A model generated the notes under the pieces. That model worked only from the letters and a program-made list of their open reading frames with translations, was not told the origin of the DNA and ran no database searches. The position numbers and the translations under genes were made by a program. Shown here piece by piece: positions 17,005 through 34,214 of a DNA stretch of 64,000 bases. Position 1 is the stretch's first letter, and each line of letters opens with the position of its first letter. The DNA comes from the human T2T-CHM13v2.0 reference genome, Homo sapiens: assembly GCF_009914755.1 (NCBI RefSeq), contig NC_060944.1. The stretch is one strand, 5' to 3'.

Positions 17005-17869
17005 AGAAGGGAGACCCAATTAGGGGTAAGCGTCATAAGTCTAAAGTAAAGTAGACTTTACCATTTCAAAGAATCTTTAAAGCATGGAAATTTGTATCTA
17101 GTTTTACAAAAATCATCCTAACTCAGTAGTTTATAGGAGCAACTTTTATTTGTAACTACCATGGAGCAAAATAATCATTATGTATAATAATTATATATGT
17201 CGAGGAGACAGTTAAGGGGTGTGTGTGTGTGTGCTCTAAGAATGTAAACCTCATTCTTACTGGCTGAGCTTAACTGCACTGCTCCTTGGGATTTTAAATA
17301 AATTAGCTGTGTCTTTGTCTGTCAGCAACTCAGTCTCCCTCTATTAGCATCTGTGCTGAGTAGTGCACTCCTGAGAACTAAATGAAGAGCTTCAGTAGTA
17401 GTTTCGTAAACCTGAAATGCAGTGTCTAGAGCAAGTTCAACTTCATTAGCGATTTGAAGAGAGATTTATCGAGCCAAAGGGAAGACCTCTCTGAACGGAG
17501 TTTGTCTGCCTTGATTTAAGTAACGAAAACAACCATGGCATTTGAGTGGTGGTTAGGTTCAGGTCTGAAACAATTTCTTTGTGAGTCAACTGTTATTAGC
17601 GGTGGAAGAAAGGATGGGGATGAAGGGAAGGGCCGGGAGTAGAGACTATGGCGGGGCATAGGGGCTGATCACACAGGGTCTTGCGGGCACATTAACAGAC
17701 TGAATTTTGGCCTTTGGTTCGGTGGTTGGAAACTCTTTTAGGGCCAGGCAGTAACATCCGTGCATGAGGCTGGCCAGGGTACAGAAATAGAGAAAGGAGA
17801 AAAACTGCAGGGCTGTAAAGCATGTGACTCCCCAAAGCAATGGTCACTTACCTGGCTCTAGAGGACTGA

Positions 17870-18218
<349 letters not shown>

Positions 18219-19521
18219 GGGCAAGTTAGATTTATCAGGAAAAGCCCAGTATCTAAATACTTGTATGAAATCTGACGTCATAATGTTGGATCAAATTTTA
18301 TAATGGGTCAAGTGCTGAACAAAGGTGGCCACAGTTAGCAACTGTTTGATGGGCAACATGGCGTTAGCAAGGCACTCTGAGCAGGGAAGACACGGATGCT
18401 TTCCCTTTCTCCTCCTCCTCTCTGCCTCCACCTCTTCCTTCTCCCCTCCCTGCCTCCTCTGACATGAGGTTCTCTCCAGCGGCCGTGGCAAGGATGCTTT
18501 TGAATGGAGTGGAGGGTAGCACAAGGCAGGTAGGGTAGGCATTGCCTAATGGCAGGAAAGCCAGTTAGGATGTTCTGGTCACAGTCAGGATTTGATTTGT
18601 TGAGAGTTGGAATTAAGGCAATGACAGGACAGAACGATGGGCTGAATTCTGGAATGATTTCTCAGTCACTCACGGGAGTGGTGTCTGACTGGATAAGGCA
18701 CAGGTGGGTGTTAGGAAAGGGAGAATTTGAGGAAGAGAGTGATTTTGTTTGAGGTCGAAGTCACCATCTGGGATCTTGGCAGCTGAACCTACTCCACAGG
18801 GGTGTTTTGTTGAACACAAGGGATTAAAATTTCTTTTGAATTGATTTTCATTTCTTAAGAAAATGCGAGCACTTATATTTAAAGCTAGATTTCCACCTCC
18901 TTTTGGAGAAAAAGAAATCTGAGAGTATTAGGCATAGATTCCAATAAAGCAACAACAGCTGGAGCTGGGGGGTGGGGTCGGGGCTTGGGTATTGGGGGAG
19001 GTACACGGATTCCCTAGTATTTCTTTGCCCCACCTGCCTTCGGTAAGTATTTGAGTCTGTGACCCCTGAGGGAACCGGTTGTGCAAGTCATAGGAATATA
19101 CGAGATCATTCAGGCACAACAAGGAGAATTCCAGGCAACAATCACATTTCAGGACAGATAGAAAAGGAGAAGATTGCAAAAGGGATTTAGAAGCTTGGGC
19201 TGGGAGAGCGGGCAAGCAACAGGAAGGCAAAGTGGAATAAAAGATAGAAGTGGGGAACCTGCTGTACGAGGCTACTGAAGAGCCGAGTAGCATGGGGTTG
19301 AAATGGGTTGTTGATGTAAATGTGCCGCGTTGTGGTGGTGGTGGAGAGGTTGTCGGAGCCTATTAATGTTAAAAGGAAAAGTGCGCACTCAATCAGCCTG
19401 CAGGTGCAATTCTTTACCTGCCCTAGAGAAATGAAATTCTCATGGGTGCACAGGGAGAAGTGGTAAAGGGTGCCCTTTGTTGTATTATTATTTGTTTCAG
19501 TGAAGAACTAGAAACAACCTA

Positions 19522-19890
<369 letters not shown>

Positions 19891-19893
19891 TCA

Positions 19894-20319
<426 letters not shown>

Positions 20320-21956
20320 TTAATGTTTACCTTTATCTTTAAATTGTTGATTATCATTTTAACTAAGAAAGTGCTGTTGTGTATCACTTGTGCAATTAGA
20401 AATTAAAGCATAGCACAATGGATTTCGTGTTTTGCAAGGGCTGTTTCAGCAGTTATGGGAGTGGAAAATAGATTACAACATTCTGAGAAGTAAATGGGAG
20501 GTAAAGAGGCAGAAATTGAAATTAAGGGGAAGTGAAACATAGGGCTACAGGATGGGGGAAGACAGTCAAGGGAAACTTCTGTGTTGGTTTGCTTTTAACT
20601 GGAGTGACCCAAAAGCTCACTAAAAGGGCATGTTGGCTTCTCCTCAGAGGGCGTTGCTGCTACGGTACAGCAATGGAATTTGTTTCTGAGCTGAGATCAC
20701 TCCCGTAATTTACATCCCAACTCTTCTGATACAGAAAAGCCTAGAAGGAAGTTGGTGTGAAATAAAAATAGTTTGATTGGTGGAATCAAATTATAATCTC
20801 TGTATAAAGGCTAAACATTTGCATGGGGGAAATGTTGCTTGAAATAGGATACAAAGGAATGTCCACCAATAGAGAAATTATTAAATGTTATAATAACCTG
20901 TAGGGTAGACTATTAGGTAGTTATTAAAAATCATGTTTTTCAAGTTTTAGAAAAATTTTAAAACATGGGAAAATGCTGGTAATACAATGTTTAATTTTAA
21001 AAGTGCATGCTATGAAACTTTTTATGCAGTTGAGTGCTTACAAAATAGTATTTCTGCATAAAGAAAAAAAGAAGGAAAAGTGGTTAAAATGTTAACAGTG
21101 GTTCTCTCTGGGTGATGAGGAAATTGGTGATTTTATTTTTCATGCATTTCTGTTGACACAACAATTTTCCGTCAAAAACATCATTGCTTTTATAATTCCC
21201 CAAAGGAACTGTTTTTAAAACTGTAGTTTGAAAATCATTTAGGAGGGAAGACAGCCAAGGAAGGGTTCCTGTTTGACAAGCAATCAGGCAAGCAGGCCGT
21301 AAGCAGCCTGGGCTTGGATTTTGGAGTTTTTTTTCTCCCACCTTTTCCCCAGATATCAAATGTCAGGCCTCCACACCATTAAAAGGACCTAGAACCATCA
21401 ACTTCTCCAAGACTGGGTAACAAAAGTCAACTCTTTCCTGCTCCTAACTCAAGGGGGTGTTGTGTGTTCTTAACTTTATAAGAGAAACACAGAACTCTAG
21501 GGAGCTACAGACACAAGCTAGCAACAAAGATGTGGCCCCTGTCTCCTCAGGCTGACCTGAACAAGTTGTGTGATTCGCTGAGAGAAGGACTCTGCCCGCC
21601 TCCCTCATACTGACCCCGCTGCTTTCCCCAACATGGCAGGAGGCGATGCAGCCTCGTGATTAAGTCTGCAAACTGGGAATCACACACTCCCATTTGGAAT
21701 CTTTGCTTTTTTGCTTAACAGCTCTGTGGCTTCTGGCAAATTCTGTAACTTCTTTACACCTCAGTTTTCTCATGTGTAGAAAGGAGATGAAGAACCCCAC
21801 CTCACTGGGTTCCTCTGAAGATTAAATGGAATAACTCCATAGAGGAGAACATGCAACAGTTACTGAATCAATGATTTCATTCTCAGGTTCTCTAATTTTA
21901 TTTTCTTTTCATCCTGCCTTATGGCCATAATTCAGGTGATAAAATAAGAAAGGACA

Positions 21957-22270
21957 TGGCTGGCTGTGGTGGCTCTTGCCTGTAATCCCAGAACTTTAGG
22001 AGGCCAAGATGAGAAGATTCCTTGAGGCCAGGAGTTCAAGACCAGCCTGAGCAACATAGCTCAAAACATTCTCTACAAAAAAATGAAAAGATTGCTGGGC
22101 ATGGTGGCATGTGCCTGTAGTCTCAATTACTTAGCAGTCTGAGGCAGAAGGATCTCTTGAGCTCAGGAGTTTGAGGCTGCAGTGAGCCATGACTACGCCA
22201 CTGCACACCAGCCTGGGTGACAGACCAAGGCCCTGTCTCTTAAAATAAATAAATAAATAAATAATAAAAA
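21957..22270 (+). mobile_element. AluJ
   Basis: Diverged dimer with (TAAA)n tail. Confidence 0.9.
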
Positions 22271-22320
22271 AAAGGATAAAGAAAAGAGAGTTTGAGGAGA
22301 AAGATTCTCTCTCTCTCTCT

Positions 22321-22616
22321 TTTTTTTTTTTTTTTTGAGATGGAGTCTCTCTCTGTTGCCCAGGCTGGAGTGGCAGTGGCATGACCTCAGCCCACCTCAA
22401 CCTCTGCCTCCCGGGTTCAAGCAATTCTGCCTCAGCCTCCCGAGTAGCTGGGATTACAGGTGCCTGCCACCACGCCTGGCTAATTTTTGTATTTTTAGTA
22501 GACAGAGCGTTTCGCCATGTTGGCCAGGCTGGTCTTGAACTTCTGACCTCAGGTGATCCACTCGCCTCGGCCTCCCAAAGTGCTGGGATTACAGGCGTGA
22601 GCCACCATGCCCAACC
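22321..22616 (-). mobile_element. AluS, tail-to-tail with the preceding AluJ
   Basis: Full dimer in opposite orientation. Confidence 0.93.
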
Positions 22617-24658
22617 CACTGTGGCTTTCTAAAGCCAGACTTAGAGTTAACCAGATCTGCTGAGATCTTTCCTTACTTACACCTACTAAAGGTGAATTTA
22701 TTGTTCTTTTGTTAATGAATACATCAAAATACTCGTATCTTTTATTAATCTCAGATAAAAGATCACTAGAGTATTGGAGGAATCGTTTCTAATACAACTT
22801 TTTCAGAAGAGGGGAAAGCAGCTTTTCAAAATGAAAATGAGGTCACTATTTCGTTCACGTGACTGTCATCTTGTGAAGTTCATTTTATTACAACCTGATC
22901 TTATAAAAAGAATCTCATTTTGGTTTAACTTTTTTAGGCTACCTAACAGATAACTTAAAAGTTTAGCTGAGAGTATTTATTTCCAAATTCCACAGTTGTC
23001 TTAAGAAATTTTAGAAAAAAAGGCAAAACACTGTGTACAAAACAGTTCAATGTGGTGTTATCTAAAATAGTGTGGTTTGTAGTAATTCCACGTATAATAG
23101 TACAGCAAAAGAAAAATGACTTATTCAAGGCTTGTTACACTGACACCATGAGATATCTTGTAGCCATAAAATTGTAATCGTGTTGTTTATGAGGAAAAAG
23201 AAACCAAAGCGAAATATATCTGATATAATTTTACATACACAAAGCATAAAACAAAATAGTTTGCACTGAACTGGGGAGTCAGCCAGCGAGCATTTAATTG
23301 AGTGCCTACTATATGCCAGCTACTTTCATAAGTATGAAATGGTCAATGTAAAAAATATTTGCAAGGACTGTGTAAAATTAAGATTGTGCCGGGGAATGGG
23401 ATTATCATGGTTGTTTTTCCGTTCTCTCCTCTAACGTTTAAAAATACGTTGTGGTTTCATAATAAAGAAAAATACATGTCTGAAACAGCGTCATAATAAA
23501 CGTTGCAGATGCTGATTTTGTGCTAACTTGATGCCAGGCACTGCTCTGAGCAGTGTGTGTCTGTATCTGATTTACTTCCATGATGATGGTATTATCACCA
23601 TAGAACAACGCCATTATTACCATAATAGCACCACGCCCATTTTATAGTGAAGAAACTGAGACAGGATGTTCTAGCTCAGTGTCTTAGCTTGAACAAGCTC
23701 TCCCACTTAGCTCAGTGGGAATCCATGTTCTTAACCAAGACTTCCAGCATATCACACAGGGGTCTGCAATACAGTTATGCATGTGGCAGCTCCTATAGTA
23801 TTTTCTCGACATTTGGCCTTTGGAGTGGCTCCCTCCCATTATACTGGGGTGTTCTGTGTTTTTCTGATTTATCACTCCCCTAAATCTTTACTCATAGGCA
23901 ATACTCAATCAGGCATTGAATAAATCAATCAATTCCCCTCTCATAAAAGAGGCCAGGGATAATGTTGTTCACTTTCTTTTCTTTTAGAAGTGTCTGTCAG
24001 CTCCCTGAGATTTTCATAGAATTTTTTTTTCCTACATGCCCCACCACTGCCAGTTTCAACAGACAAGGCTAACTCAGTTCACTAGACAAGCAAACACTTC
24101 AACTGAGAAGGCAGTGATAAACACAGGAAGTTATTTCACCCTGGGAATATTCCGGAAACCAACTTTGAATAATTGCTTCATGTTCAGTTGGACACAAGTT
24201 CACTCCCAGGTTGACTCACGTATGTAAATGCTCCTGACTACCATCTGACTGCATCACACACACACCCCTACCTTTCCAAAATGCTAACTACACAGCATGA
24301 ATCAGCCGCTCCTGATTCAGAGCCCCGAGTCCTTCATCATCAACCTGGGCTCCTGCCTTTGTCTCCTACCCTCATCCAGTCCAACAGCAAACCCCACCCG
24401 CCCCATCTTCTAAATAAATCCAGAATCTGATCACTCCTCACCATCCTGCAGCAGCACCTCAGTCAAATTCCAGTCATCACTGAGCTGCGTGACAGCAACA
24501 GCCTCCAAACTCCTCTCCCCGTTTCTTCCATTGGAAGGCTTGGAGCTGATCTGACTTAAATTTTAAAAGACTCATTCTGGCCGCTGTGTGGAGGGTGCAC
24601 TGGAAGCTCACCTCTTTCTCTGGACCAATTTCTATCTGCTTTTTCCCTTCACATCTAA

Positions 24659-25010
<352 letters not shown>

Positions 25011-25616
25011 GCTGATCCAATATTTTACAAAGTTTGTGAAGAGGATGACTAATTCGTGGAATCACAGGTTTTAATAAGTTCAGGGGCACTGGGCTCAGCA
25101 ACTTGCAACTGGTTATTTACTGCAGGGATTCTCAGAACCTTTAGTATCCTCACGTGTCCTGGGGATCCTCAAGAGAAAGACAACAGTGGGTGTTTTCAAA
25201 CCATGATGTTGTCTCAGATTCCTCCAGGGCTTGCTCCCTTTGTCCTTCAGGTTCATGCTCCATGTCACCTCCTCAGAGAAGCTGTCGCTGGCTATCCATA
25301 ACATCCCGTCCTCTTTCCCTGACTTAGTATTTTGGGATGTGTGGCATTTATCAACATTAATAAAACGATATCTCTTTTTTCCTATTTATTACTATTATTT
25401 TTGCTTATGTAACCTCTTGAATTATCTTTGCTGATTAGTTTCTGCTACTTAGAGTCAGTAACCCAGAATCTATTAATATAACCTTCAGGAGTGTGCATGA
25501 CGAAGTTATATTCTGTCCTGCTTAGTCTTCAGTGGTCACACGTTTTTTGTTTTTTGTTAGACAAAACAAAACAAAAACCCAAAAACGTGTGACCACTGAA
25601 GGTCAAACGTGTGACC

Positions 25617-26498
<882 letters not shown>

Positions 26499-26531
26499 TT
26501 TGTTTTTCCTATTTATTATCTGACTTTCCCC

Positions 26532-26641
26532 GCTAGACTGTAAGATCCAGGAGAGCAAGAGCTTTGTCAGCCTCGCTCTCTGTGCAGCTAGACTGTAAGA
26601 TCCAGGAGAGCAAGAACTTTGTCAGCCTCGCTCTCTGTGCA
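26532..26641. repeat. 55-bp tandem duplication within an L2 3' end
   Basis: 26532-26586 equals 26587-26641 with one mismatch. Confidence 0.97.
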
Positions 26642-26711
26642 TCTTCAGTTTCTACAACAGCACGTAACATGCAGTAGGTGCTCTCATTAAATCTTGTTGA
26701 ATGGACACAGG

Positions 26712-27320
26712 TGTATTGATTTTCTATCATTATGTAGCAAATCACTGCAGAGTTAGTCACTTAAAACAATACCCATTTACTGTCTAACAGTTTGAGACTC
26801 TGGGTATAAGTTAGATGGGTCCTTCGCTTTGAGTCTCACTCGGCTGAAATCAACATGTTGGTCAGGGTTGTCATCTCATTTGAGGCCTGGGTCCTCTTCT
26901 GAGCCCACTAGTTTTTGACAGAATTCAGTTCCTGGGCAGTTGTAGGACTGAGGGACTCAGCTCCTGGAGCTCCTAGTTGGCCGCTGTGTTGTACTCTCCA
27001 CAGCATGGCAGTTTGTCTTGTGTCCCATACAAAGCCATGGGACAACGTCTGCTGCTGCTTCCCTAGTTCCTTTTAAGGGATCACCTGATTAAACCAGGCC
27101 TACCCAGGATAAACTTCCTCTTGATCAAATCAGAGTCAACTGACTGGGGACCTTAGATACAACATTCTTTTACCTTTGTCATGTAACTTAATCATAGTAG
27201 TGAAAGCTCATCAATTCAAAGGTCCAGCCAATGTTCCAGGTAAGGGGATTATGGATGCCATGTACACCAGGTCAAGGAGGGGACAATCTTGGGGACCACT
27301 TTAGAATTCTGCCTAGCACA
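26712..27320 (-). mobile_element. MLT1E-like MaLR solo LTR
   Basis: cagaattcagttcc...gttgtaggactgagg, cctacccaggataa, ends ttagaattctgcctagcaca. Confidence 0.8.
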
Positions 27321-28229
27321 ATGTGAAGCTTTATATCCCTTAGAATACCTTATAGGATTGGTGGTCCTCTGGGAAATGCTTTGAGAAAGGTGCTTTCTCT
27401 TCCCCAATTCATCAACCTCATTTCTTAAACTAGAGAGCATATCTGCAGACAGCTCTGGGGGCTGAGCAGGTAAGAAGAGTTCTGTGGGGATTGTGTAAAA
27501 GTGAGACTAAGCCCCAGCAAAGGGGAAGGGTCATTTGGTGTCCTATATTTTGTCCGTGATCCCCCAACTTCCAATATTTCAAGAGAACATGGAAATCTGA
27601 ATTTGCATATGCATTTTTCTGGTGTTTAAATCTTGGAAACAAATTCAAGTTTTAGCAGAATGCGTTGCCCTTTCCCGAAGAAACATGACTGTAGGCTGTA
27701 CTGGGGAGGTTGCGTTGAAAATTGTTGCTGAAATGATCACTGTCTTTTGAAGGCTACTGCACCCATATCTTTGACTGGAAACTCTTCTCTGAGGTGTCAT
27801 TTACATTTCTACTTGCTTGCATGGTGGAAATGTTTCTTGAGCTCAGAACAGAAAGTCCACTAACAGTTTCATCATATTTTTACTCCCTCCTCATAGTCAC
27901 ACGTCCTTCCTGGTGGGGTTAAGGGTTTTCACATACACCTGTTCAACCAACCTCAGACCTCAGTGATGTTTATGACTTGTTCTGTCTCTGTCACTTTCCT
28001 AACATCCAACTATCATGGGGTGAAAAAAATCGCTCTTAGAAAAGCTGCTTGAAGCCCTCTCTCTCCTGGCAGGAGGGCAGGAGGATGTATTTATGGAGAA
28101 AGTTTGCTTTTTCCTTGGAAAATCATGCTAATAGAACTTGAATTACAGAATTTAAAGCCTGTCAGGGAGGAAAGTGACAAATTAACCTACTTGGAAGAGA
28201 AATGGAAAAGCAGGTCTTATGAATGATCA

Positions 28230-28792
28230 GATTCTGTCACTTCCCTGCCCAAAATGCTCTAGCATCTTCCTATCAAGTTCAGGCTAAAATCCAGGTCTTA
28301 CCATCATGGTTACAAGGTCTTTCTGGTTTCTGACAGCCTGTCCAACATTATCCAAGGGCACACGAGCTCTTTTCAATGTGTCAAATGTGCATTCACCTTA
28401 GGGCTTGTACAGTACCTCTTCCTTTTGTCTGGAATGCTTTTCTTCCTCATATTTGCATGATTCACTCCCCAGTCTATGAAACTCTGTGGTCAAATGTCAT
28501 CTTAAAAGAGCCTTTCCCTGATCAACCCAACTAAATTCACATGCCCTTTTCTCGGTATTACTCCACTTTTTCATTTACTAATAGCATATTCCAGTTTTTG
28601 ACATCTTATCACTAGTTGTTTGTTTATTGCCTGTTTCCTGTACCAAAATATAAGCTCCTTGAAGGGAAGAACTTTGTTTTGTTCACTTCTTTATTCTAAG
28701 AAATTAGAACAGTGCCTTATCCACAGCATAGATTCTCAGTAAATATTTATTCAATGAATGAACGAATGCAAGGATGGATGAACAAATGAATG
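28230..28792 (+). mobile_element. L2 3' fragment
   Basis: Ends ctcagtaaatatttattcaatgaatgaacgaatg. Confidence 0.75.
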
Positions 28793-28859
28793 GTAGGTCT
28801 GTTAATCTATCAATAAGAGGTGTTGCATCTCTGCAAAGAGATGTTTTGTTGTACATTTA

Positions 28860-30920
<2,061 letters not shown>

Positions 30921-33093
30921 TCTCTTTTAGGATGCCTTCGAGGTATTTGTCTAGCTTTCATGTTTGTACTCAGTAGGTAAGATGGTCTGCAACTATGTAG
31001 CCATTTTTCCCAAGAGAAATTTCACATATTAAATGGCTTTGGTTTTCCACAGATGATGTTAGAGATAGCAAGTGGAGGTAGAGGGAATGAAGGGAGATCA
31101 AATCAAGAGAGGTTAAGATAGAGGAAGTAGCTTTACCTAAGGTGAGTAGACCCTAGACAACTGGCAGAACGCTGGGCCAAAGGAAAGATATAGGGGGCAG
31201 GATGGCATTTTCTGCAGATAAATGACCCCAGAAATTCAGACACTGTGATATCCAATATTCACTTTATATCTCTCTTTATTGTGTTGTATTTCCCTTAAGT
31301 AAGTGAGGTTCAGAGAGGATAATCAGCTTGTCCAACATCAAACAGCCGGTCAGAGTGACAGGCTGACATTCAAACTCATGCCAGTAGACTCTAGATCCCA
31401 CACCTTTCGCTGCTGAACTATATTAAAGATCAGAGGCTTTTAAAGTTTTCTTATTACAAATCATAATAAGAAATACATTTTGAGTCTATACACATACATT
31501 AGTAATCAAAACAAACCTTCCACTAATGGATGTTAACCATATTACCCGTGATGCACCATGAGCTTTCTGTTGTATTCTATTCTATTCCATTCTGTTCCAT
31601 TCCATTTCATTTGCTGGATCAACATAAGTGGGTTGGGCCCTGGCTTCAAATAAAAACCACTGCTAAAGACAGGAACTTACCTTAAAGGTTAAAAAAAGTA
31701 CATAACTCCGATTAGCCAAGAAAAACTCAGAAAGTGAGAAGGAAGGGCAAAAAAAAAAAAAAAAAGTCACTTCTTTTTGTCTTTCAGGAATTTTAATAAT
31801 AAAACAGCTTTGGATCACCTATTTTAGATTCTTCTAGTAGACAGCCCCCAGTAGATTCCTTAACTTTTCAAATGGCATTGAAAAAGCGAGGAAGTTATTT
31901 CACCTCTTTGGGAGGCTGTCTCAGTCCTCTCTATCCATTGGAGGGCAGGGCAGCCACTCAATAAGTGTCTGTTGCATGAGTCAAGTAAAGGATCAGACCG
32001 GGGTGTCTCAGAGCCTTCCCTGCTCTTCTATTCTCTGTTAAGCCACTGAATGAAGAAGGCTGCCACATTTTCCTCTGGGTCAATATCAACAGCAAAACAA
32101 TATCCCAGAACGGTCATTTCTGGGACAATAAATAGTTTTCCAGAGCTGCTATCTTAGGCCTCTCTGCCACTAAGGGATTAAAGAGAAATGCACACCCCTC
32201 CAGAATTTCCTGTCCTGTCTTGCGGTTAACTTAAAACATTTTCAACTCCCGCCTCCCCCTTTCTCACCATCTCTCTTCATGGTTAAAGAGGTTATAAATT
32301 TGCAAAGGAAATGATTAAGCAAATCCAGAAAATTTGGCCATGGGACCTGATTTTTCAAGGCCTTAGTTTTTGAAAGCTGAAGAAATCTGTCCACTGAAGG
32401 ATTTGCACATGAGTTTTTTAGTCTTAGGGCTGGGGCATAATTTCCTGTTTTTGTATTCTCAAAACTGTTAAGCTACTTGTGAACAACTGGCCAGCAAAGA
32501 TAGGGAGGGGGCAGGGGATGCGGAGAGAGGGTTGTGAGCCCAGAGGGGAGGAGAAAGGCTGTTTCTCCTCAGTTCTCACAGAACCTCTATGAAAATAGAA
32601 AGATTTATTTATTTATTTACTTTAAAGACTGTGAAGTAGAGACAAGGGGTAGATTCTAGACATTGAAGTTGGAGGTGTGAGTGGTAAAGAGGAGAAGAAA
32701 CATGTTTTAGCAGGAACTTGAATAAGCTGATTGAAACTCAAAGAACAGTCTGTTTCCATAAGCATGAACATTTCTTAGACACTCATTTTGTGCTTTGCAT
32801 GGAATACATCGTTAAATCCCCACAGCAACTCAGTGAGGTGGATTCTACTAGTGTCTCCACTTTATGGATGTGAAAGTGAAGCTGGAAGAAGTTAAGGAAC
32901 CTGCTCAAAGCCACGTGGCTAGCAAGTAGCACCACTGGGATCGCAACCAAGGCTGTTTGGACCCAGAGCCTGTGTTCATAGCTACTGCTCTCTTCTGAAG
33001 ATAAAGGAGGAGACAAGGATGTCAGCATGACCATAGCATACATGTTCATTTATTTAGAGCCAGGGAAGGGGGTGGGACACTAATCAAGGTTGC

Positions 33094-33217
33094 CCCTTCC
33101 CTTCCCTTCCCTTCCCTTCCCTTCCCTTCCCTTCCCTTCCCTTCCCTTCCCTTCCCTTCCCTTCCCTTCCCTTCCCTCCCCTCCCCTCTCCTCCCCTCCC
33201 CTCCCCTTCCCTTCCCT
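33094..33217. repeat. (CCCTT)n pentanucleotide grading into (CCCCT)n
   Basis: About 16 perfect CCCTT units followed by degenerate units; pure pyrimidine strand. Confidence 0.97.
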
Positions 33218-33578
33218 TTTTTCTCCTCTTAAAGCCACCAACTGTGCTAGGTATTTGTATGTTTACTCTCAGATCATTTTTCCAAGCTTCTCTTCAAACT
33301 GCATTTCCCAGGTTCCATTACCAACTGGCTTCTGGTTAAGTTCAGCCAGTGGGCGGCACTGACACGTATTTTTCCTGCCTCCTCCCTCCAGTCAACAAAA
33401 AGGTACTGCTTGCAGAAGCCTCCATTGGGTTCCAGCTACCCTCAAGCAGCCTCACCCCCATCCACATGGGGTTCTATTTCCCACAGGGTGCCGGGTTCCC
33501 TAGCTCCAGAAGCATCACCTCTTCCCTTTGGCTGTGTGTCTCTAGTGGTGGTTCTTTTTGTAGCCTATTTCTATTTCT

Positions 33579-34214
<636 letters not shown>

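Noticed and set aside
25601-25616. GGTCA-N6-TGACC as an oestrogen response element
   Set aside because: Spacer is 6 rather than 3 nt; explained by the templated inversion
26532-26641. Direct repeats as a CRISPR-like array
   Set aside because: Two adjacent copies without spacers in human DNA; no array structure or cas genes anywhere in the window
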